Source: the human T2T-CHM13v2.0 reference genome, Homo sapiens
Assembly (NCBI RefSeq): GCF_009914755.1
Contig: NC_060928.1
Reading direction: 5' to 3' (one strand)
DNA: 64,000 bases
This document shows, one piece after another, positions 57,031 to 64,000 of this stretch. The position numbers were made by a program, and so were the translations under genes. Below the pieces are notes generated by a model. The model ran no database searches. It was not told the DNA's origin and worked only from the letters and a program-made list of their open reading frames with translations. Positions within the stretch are counted from its first letter, which is position 1, and the number at the start of each line of letters is the position of its first letter.

Positions 57031-57059
57031 ATGTATTAGCTTGGTGTTGATCCCATCTA

Positions 57060-58085
57060 TCTGTGGTTGGTTCCCAGATTTACTACCTCCAGCTTTGGTT
57101 TCATTCCCTCCTGAACTCAAGACCTGTATATCCAACTGCTTACTTGATATTTCCATTTGGGTATGTCATAGCCAGTGGAAAACACTGGGTAATTTATGAG
57201 GATAAGAGGTTTAGTTGACCCACAGGTCCACAGGCTGTACAGGAAGCATGGCTGGGAGACCTCAGGAAACTTAAAATCATGGCAGAAGGTGAAGGGGAAG
57301 CACTTGCTCTCCTCTCTGCCTAGAGGGCTAGAGGAAAGTTCCTGATTGCAACTTACCGCTACCTTGCTCTTCCCTATCTTGGTTGCTTGAGTCACGTCTC
57401 CTTTCCCTTACCTTCTCCCTTTGTCTGACATACCCAGTTGCTGTAGAACTTGAATCCATTGACTTCTCTCCATTTCCACTGTCATTTTATGAGTGCAACC
57501 CACATCACCCCACTGCTTTTATTCTTCCCTCTCAGCCCACTCTCCACAGTAGAGAGAGAATTATTTTCATCTCCCTTTACTGGCTTGTCATTTATCTGGG
57601 AATAAAATCCAAACTGCACCACGGAGCCTTGGAAGGCCTGGCTGCTCCTCCCCTCGCAGTTCTCCATGGCTCACTGGACTTTAGCAGCTCTGGCCTCCCT
57701 TCTGTTCCCTAGGAACCTTGGCCTTTGCACTTGTTCTCCTCTCTGCCTAGAGGGCTCTTTTTCTCATCTCTTTGCATAGCTGGGTCATCCTCATCCTTTA
57801 GGTCTCAACTGAAAGGTCACCTTCTCACTGCTACTCCCAGCTACTCATTCTCTTTCCCATGTTTATCTTTGTCATAGTCCTTCAAACAATTGGTAATTAA
57901 TTTGCTTATTTTAAAAAACTTGTTTGTTAGATGTGTTTATCCTGTTTCCTCCTCCCAACTATGATCTAAGCTCTCTGAGAAGGGGCCTCACTTACCTTCA
58001 TGTTCATCACTGTAGTGCCACAATCTAGCAAATTGCCTGGCATATGGAGGTGCTCAGCAAATACCTGTTAAATAAATGAATGAAT
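57060..58085 (+). mobile_element. L2 LINE relic containing a templated insertion
   Basis: L2 3' end ttgcctggcatatggaggtgctcagcaaatacctgttaaataaatgaatgaa. Confidence 0.6.
57184..57302 (-). repeat. 119-bp copy of part of the neighbouring MSTA LTR (55538-55656)
   Basis: 113/119 identical by manual alignment; no LTR termini or TSD. Confidence 0.9.
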
Positions 58086-60629
58086 TTTTTTGTAAGTGTT
58101 TGTTGTATAAAAGAATGAAGAGAGAACCAAGTGCCAGATGTCATACACCATATATAGTGGATTTTTAACCTGGTTGGAGTGGGCAGAATGTTGTGGGAGC
58201 TAAAACATACAGTTATCATACTTATGACAATCGTATCTCTTATAGACATTTAAAAAGCACCACCCATACTTATTCCAGCATTCAAAAAATATTTATTATT
58301 TTCTTATGTTCTAGGCACTAGGTTGGTGGCTGGAGATGCGGTGAAATAGACATAGTCCCTCTCCTCAAAGCTTATGGTCTAGCATTCCTCCCTGGACAAG
58401 AGTAGGGAAAAGTTGGGAGAGGAGACAGAATCAGGTCAAGCTTTCCCTTCTTCTCTATAATATCCCTAGCAAGATATATCAATGTAGAAATCTTAAATAA
58501 AATTTATAAGAAAAACACAGAAAGAGTCTCCAAAGGCTAGCAAAATGCCCATCCTTTAAACAGAATAATTAGCAAAGAGAAATTGGAGCAGAGCTTCGTT
58601 TAGAAAACAGTTGGTTTTTGGTATGAATTTGTCACTTTTCTAATGTGAAAAATATAAGATGCCAATGCCAAAACTGAAAGTCAGGACTCAAGATACTTGT
58701 ATCCATTTAGAAATTACTATAGCCCTGTTATTCAGTACTTCTGCCAATATCAACTTCTAATGCAAGGGAACTTGGAACAATGGAGAAAACAGTGGAAAAG
58801 TTGGAATTGGATAACCTGGATCAGAGTCCTTGCCCTGTTCCTACAGCTCTTTAGCCTTAAGGATGTGTCCTAACCTTTTCCAGTCCCAGTTGACTTGTCC
58901 ATCTAATGGGGATGAAAAGAGAATATATCTCAAGACATTTTTGTAGATCAAATTGGCAAATCCATGTTATGTGTTTAGCATAGTGCCTGTCATCTAGCAT
59001 ACAGAATAATATATAGTAATAATATAATTATAGTGATATAATTATTATATTAGTGATTATAATTATTATAACTAATAATATAGCACAGTAATAATATATG
59101 AATATAATATATAATATTGCTAATATTGTAATTTTTGGTGAAATTTATTATAGTACCACCCAAAGTTAGGGACTGTCATGAGGAATAAATGATGTGTGCA
59201 TATACTTTTGTGTAAATACCTATCACAGTGATTGGAACATAGCAGGGCTAAATGAATAGTTGTTGAATAAGCTAATGTATTGGGGAAGCTACAAAGGGTA
59301 GATTGTTATACAAATGCTTGTACTTCTTATTTTTAACAAAAATAGATTGAGCAATCAGAATCTCTCTATGAGCAGACAAAGGAGGTCAAAAGATGCTCAA
59401 AAATGTCCCTATTGATCAAGTATGTTATTAGAATATTTAGCAATCAATAGGGCATGGATGCTGCCCGACTGGAATAAATGCTGGCAGTAGCTCCTGATGA
59501 GGGTCCTAAGGGCCCCAACTCTGCCATGCATTATCCCTTTAGTTAGAAATTGTGGAAAGGTCTTGGAGGGGTCCTAAGAGTGTACCAGAGAAGAGGAAGT
59601 GGTAGTATGGGGTGAAGGTGTTTGCATAGGATAGCAGCCATGTTCCAACAAGTACAAAGCAATTTCACTATCTTAATATCTGGTTTAGCTGTGCTGGTGC
59701 TTCTGATCTAAAGTAGCTCTGCCCCACAAACAAAATCCTACATAACTAGAGTTGAAAAGAGAGACAATATATCCTGTATATACTATGTTCCTCAATTCAC
59801 TTCCCATCCTAAACACAGGGACAAGGATTTGTTTGCTTGAAAGTAATGATCTGTCAACAAACTGGGTCAAAGAAAAGACCCTGGCAGCTTAGCCTGAGGA
59901 GAAGGGTGCTAGTATCACATCACGCATCTATAAAATGTGGGCCGCTTTTGGAAATACGTGGGTGAGTTGCCAATTGCATCAGCCTAGCTGTTGCAGTTCT
60001 TGATAATTATTAGTCATCTTTGTTCCAGCAAAATCCTCATCATTCTCAATAGATTAGAGGCTAAATTTCAAATCCACTTTAGTAAAAATCTTTACAATTG
60101 GACTGTTAGAAACCTTGCATTATTTGAACAAAAGTGACGTATTTGAAGATCAGTGGGAAAGTTGGAAAATAAACCAATTCCTGCTCACTAATTATTTTTT
60201 TAAATGCCATGAATGGAGGCTTGGTTTCACTGAATATGCCTTTAAAGATTTTTAAATGTTTTATATCCAGTCAAGTTGAGATTTTTAAGAACATTTTTAA
60301 TATGTAATAAAATTTTATAATGACTTTTTTCAAAAAAGTTAACAAACTGCAAGCACTTGTTAATAAATGTCTTAATTTAAAAAACGAACATACAACTGTG
60401 TAACTAACTCTTTTCTGATCTCTATTGATATACTAAATATCACACAAAATTTGGTGGTCTCTATGGGGTTTGGTATTTGGAAATTACTGTTAGTGAGAAG
60501 AAATGGAGGAAGGATCTTATATGTTATGTTTCCTTCTGAGTGAATGAAATCTGTATGAGCTGATTAGCAAAATGGCTTCCATGATCCACCTACTGGATAG
60601 CTTATGTGAAGGCATTTAAAAAAATAAGG

Positions 60630-60754
60630 TATATTAGCAAGGGTTCTCCAGAGAAATAGAAGCAACAGAATTACATATTGCTATCTTTATATGTCTATGT
60701 CTGTGTCTATGTCTATGTCTATGTCTATGTCTATGTTTATATCTATCTTTGTTG

Positions 60755-60792
<38 letters not shown>

Positions 60793-61150
60793 GGGTTTAT
60801 TTTAAGGAATTGGCTCATGTGGTTGTGGAGGGTTAGTGAGTCCAAAACCTGTTTGTGCAGGCCAGCAGACTGGAGACCCACAGGAGAGTTGCACTTCAAG
60901 TCCAAGGTCAGTCCACCTGCAGAATTCTTTTTTCTCAGGGGGAAGATCAGTTTTTGTTCTAATAAAGCCTTCAATTGATTGAATGGGGCCCACCCACATT
61001 ATGGAGGGCAGTCTGCTTTGCCCAAAGTCAGCCAATTTAAATACAAATCTCATTCAAAAACCATATTCACAGAAACATCTAGAATAAAGTTTGATGAAAT
61101 ATCTGGGCATTGTGGCCCAGCCAAGTTGACACATAAAGTTAACCATCACA
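60630..61150 (-). mobile_element. MLT2 (HERV-L family, B/C/D-like) solo LTR with internal (TGTCTA)n and (ATCT)n microsatellites
   Basis: gggttctccagagaaa...aggaattggctcatg...gccaagttgacacataaagttaaccatcaca; near-TSD taagg/taaag. Confidence 0.85.
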
Positions 61151-61298
61151 TAAAGTAATGTGAAGAATTATTAACTTTTTGTTGTAATTTATCTTTTTCC
61201 AAGAGAAAACTGCCAAGATGGCAAAATGATTGCTTTTTGAGGAATGATTGTAGGTTGAGATGTTAAGCTGGAAAGGAGAAGACTTAGGGACATTTATA

Positions 61299-61377
61299 TT
61301 AGGTTGGTGCAAAAATAATTGCAGTTTTCGCCATTGAAAGTAACGATGAAAACCACAATTACTTTTGACCAACCTAA
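61299..61377. mobile_element. MADE1 MITE (Hsmar1 derivative)
   Basis: TIRs ttaggttggtgcaaaaataattgcagtttt / aaaaccacaattacttttgaccaacctaa, ~80 bp, TA TSD on both sides. Confidence 0.92.
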
Positions 61378-62001
61378 TAGTAATACAAAGTAACACCTCC
61401 ATAGTCTCACTACCCAGAGATGTGTAGTGATATATATATATATACTTCTGCATTTTCAAAATGCTCAAATGCCTGCTTGTGAAAAAAAGAACAGTCCCAA
61501 GACTCTCAGAAGAGACAATTTTGCCTGGAGACTGACTGGTGCCATCAGAAACTGAAGGCTTCTGATCAACCTGGCACTGGGCAGTGTCAGTACGGCTCTT
61601 TGGTGGTGAACTTAGTTTCCAGTTCTTCACAGTGGCTGTTGCAAACTTTTCTCATTTCCCTCAAGCCCCAACCCCACCCTATCCACTTTTTCTTCCACGA
61701 TGCAGAGACAAAAGGCTGCCAATTCTGCAGCGTCCCCCTCACAACACCTCTATTTTCAGCCCTTCTTTCCTGTCTCAATGACAGGATTCCTGGATTTTTC
61801 CTAAGGCCAGTTCCCCTGCTTGTCTCTTGGCCCTGTCCTTTCCACCTCCCCTGGAGCCTTATTCATTTGGTGAAGTGTGACTCCTTAGAAATAAATATGT
61901 GATGGTCTCTGCACTTACTATTTTTTGGCAGGTAGGCTTTATTTTCCCAGTGTCTGTTATGCTGGGCTTAAGACTGGTGGGATTTTATGTAAGGCAGATG
62001 A

Positions 62002-62098
62002 CATATATATATATGTGTATATATATATATGTGTGTGTTTGTATATATATATGTGTGTGTATATATATATGTATATATATATACACACACACACACAA
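62002..62098. repeat. Compound (TA)/(TG)/(CA) microsatellite
   Basis: Read directly from sequence. Confidence 0.9.
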
Positions 62099-62399
62099 TA
62101 CTCTTCATTGCTATGTTTGGACTAGTGCAGCAGTCAGGATGACAGAAAGAAAAGCAGATGTACAAAAATGCAGAAAAATAAAGTGTGAAGTGTTTGTAGG
62201 TGGAGAGATAGAATTCTTTGCTATTTGTATTGAATCCTTAATATATTCTAGTGCAGAAAGCATGAAGCATGGCTACCGGAAGCACACATGTCACACATCA
62301 AAGGGAAGCTGCAGAAAACAGCAGCGTTGGTGCAATTACTCTTTCTTATATTTCCCCTCCCCACACTGCTGGGCCCACTAATTTGATTATCTTTATTGT

Positions 62400-64000
62400 G
62401 GGATAATTTGTATACTTCCCCCCCTTCTTTTAGATGCACAGTTCGATAAGTTTCAAAATATATATATATATATTCACTTATGTAATTGCCAGCCCAATCA
62501 AGACATAAGTTTGATTCCATCACCCTAAAAAGTTACCTCATGCCCCTTTGCATTCAAAGTCCCCCATCTCCAATCTCAAGAAACCATAGATCTGCTTGCT
62601 CTTAATCTCTTAATATAGACTAGTTGTGCTTGTTCGAATGCAGAAAGCCACAATAGGGTTTTCTTTTTTTTTTTTTTTTTTTTTTTTTTTGAGACAGAGT
62701 CTCTCTCTGTCATCCAGGCTGGAGAGTGCAATGGTGCGATCTCAGCTCACTGCCACCTCTGCCTTCCGAGTTCAAGCGATTCCCCTGCCTCAGCCTCCTG
62801 AGTAATTGGGATTACAGGCGCCTGCCACCACGTCATGATGATTTTTGTATTTTCAGTAGAGATGGGTTTTCGCTATGTTGCCAGGCTGGTCTCGAACTCC
62901 TGACCTCAAGTGATCCACCCGCCTCAGCCTCCCAGAGTGCTGGGATTACAGGTGTGAGCTGCTGCGCCCAGGCGCCATATTAGTTTTGACTGTTTATATG
63001 AATAGTATCAGATAGTATACACTCTTTTGTGTCCGGACTCTTCAACAAAGCATTTTTGAGATTCATTCATGTTGTTATCAGTAATTTGTTCCTTTTTATT
63101 TCTGAGTGGTAGTCTATTTATAAATATACCACAATCTGTTTATCCAATCAAACCACACATTTGGGTTGTTTCCAATGGTTGGCTGTTATGAACAAAGCTA
63201 CTATGGAGATTCATGTGCATATACATATGCTTTGATTTCTTCTGGGTATATACTGAATAGTGAGATGGTAAATATACATTTAACTTTATAAGAAATTGTC
63301 AGATGGTTTTTCACCAGCAATGTTGCTTCTTACCTTCATTAATACTAGATATTGCCAGTCTATTAAATTTTATCCATTCTAAACTATAAGTGCAGTTATA
63401 TTTTATTTTGGTTTAAATTTGCATTGGTCTAAAGACTAAAGATGTTGCCTATCTTTTCATGAGTTTATTAGCCAATAAAGCATCCAAGTCTTTTGTCCAT
63501 TTTTTACTGGATGTTTGTTTGTCTTCTTGTTATTGAGTTGGAAGAATTCTTTATATATTCTGAATACAAGTGTTTTCTCATATATATGGATTGTGAACAT
63601 TTTCTCACAATCTGTGGCTTGTCTTTGCATTTTCTTAATAGTGCCTTTTAGAAAGGACAAGTTTTGATAAGGTCAAATCTATCAATTTTTCTTTTATGGT
63701 GTGTCCTTTCTATTCTATCTAAGAAATCTTTGCCTGTCCCCAAAGTTGTGAGGATTTTCTTTTGTGCTTTTTAATGTAAATTGTTTTCCGCCTTGTAGAA
63801 GCTTTGTAGTTATGGCTTTTTCACTTAGGTCTTACCCATTTTAAATGAATTTTAATGTGTGGTGTGAATTAAAAATTGAGTTTTTTTTTTTTGCGTATGG
63901 ATAGTTCGTTTTTTGCATATGGATAGTTAGTTTTTCAACACCATTTACTAAAAAGACTACTGTATTTCCATTTGTTTATTTTGGCATTTTCAGCAAAAAT
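62400..64000 (-). mobile_element. Old L1 (L1M) 3' portion: end of ORF2 plus 3' UTR, interrupted by an Alu
   Basis: ORF 63457..63660 (KGTIKKMQRQATDCEKMF..IYEKTLVFRIYKEFFQLNNKKTN) resembles L1 ORF2p C-terminal region; typical antisense L1 3' UTR. Confidence 0.85.
62659..62976 (-). mobile_element. AluS SINE with long T-tail
   Basis: Full antisense dimer. Confidence 0.92.

Noticed and set aside
59000-59130. AT-rich low-complexity tract (and short AT palindromes at ~2164 and ~48490)
   Set aside because: Expected by chance in AT-rich DNA; no long specific arms
61899-62381. 160-aa ORF with hydrophobic and YICV repeats
   Set aside because: Openness comes from the TA/TG microsatellite; no splice or homology support

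Overview
Human (primate) genomic DNA; no prokaryotic-type features (no operons, CRISPR, tRNA or rRNA). The window holds the 5' half of TAPT1 on the minus strand. Coding exons 1-3 lie at 26130-26328, 13639-13769 and 2333-2451; they splice in frame at GT-AG junctions, and the gene continues left of the window. A CpG-island bidirectional promoter (~25770-27400) is shared with the lncRNA TAPT1-AS1 (+ strand, from prior knowledge). The rest is intronic or intergenic and repeat-rich: 14 Alus, MaLR/ERVL solo LTRs, L2/MIR/L1 relics, a MADE1 MITE and a full-length RPS21 processed pseudogene. Not visible in the ORF track: a near full-length decayed gamma-type retroviral env gene with PPT and 3' LTR (41734-43998), several long hairpins not matching any repeat I recognise (29249-29368, 33096-33185, 41150-41454), an inverted 120-bp duplication in TAPT1 intron 2, and a two-template 'patchwork' insertion (57184-57329). 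I found no convincing novel protein-coding system. Repeat subfamily names are by eye and need RepeatMasker/Dfam confirmation.
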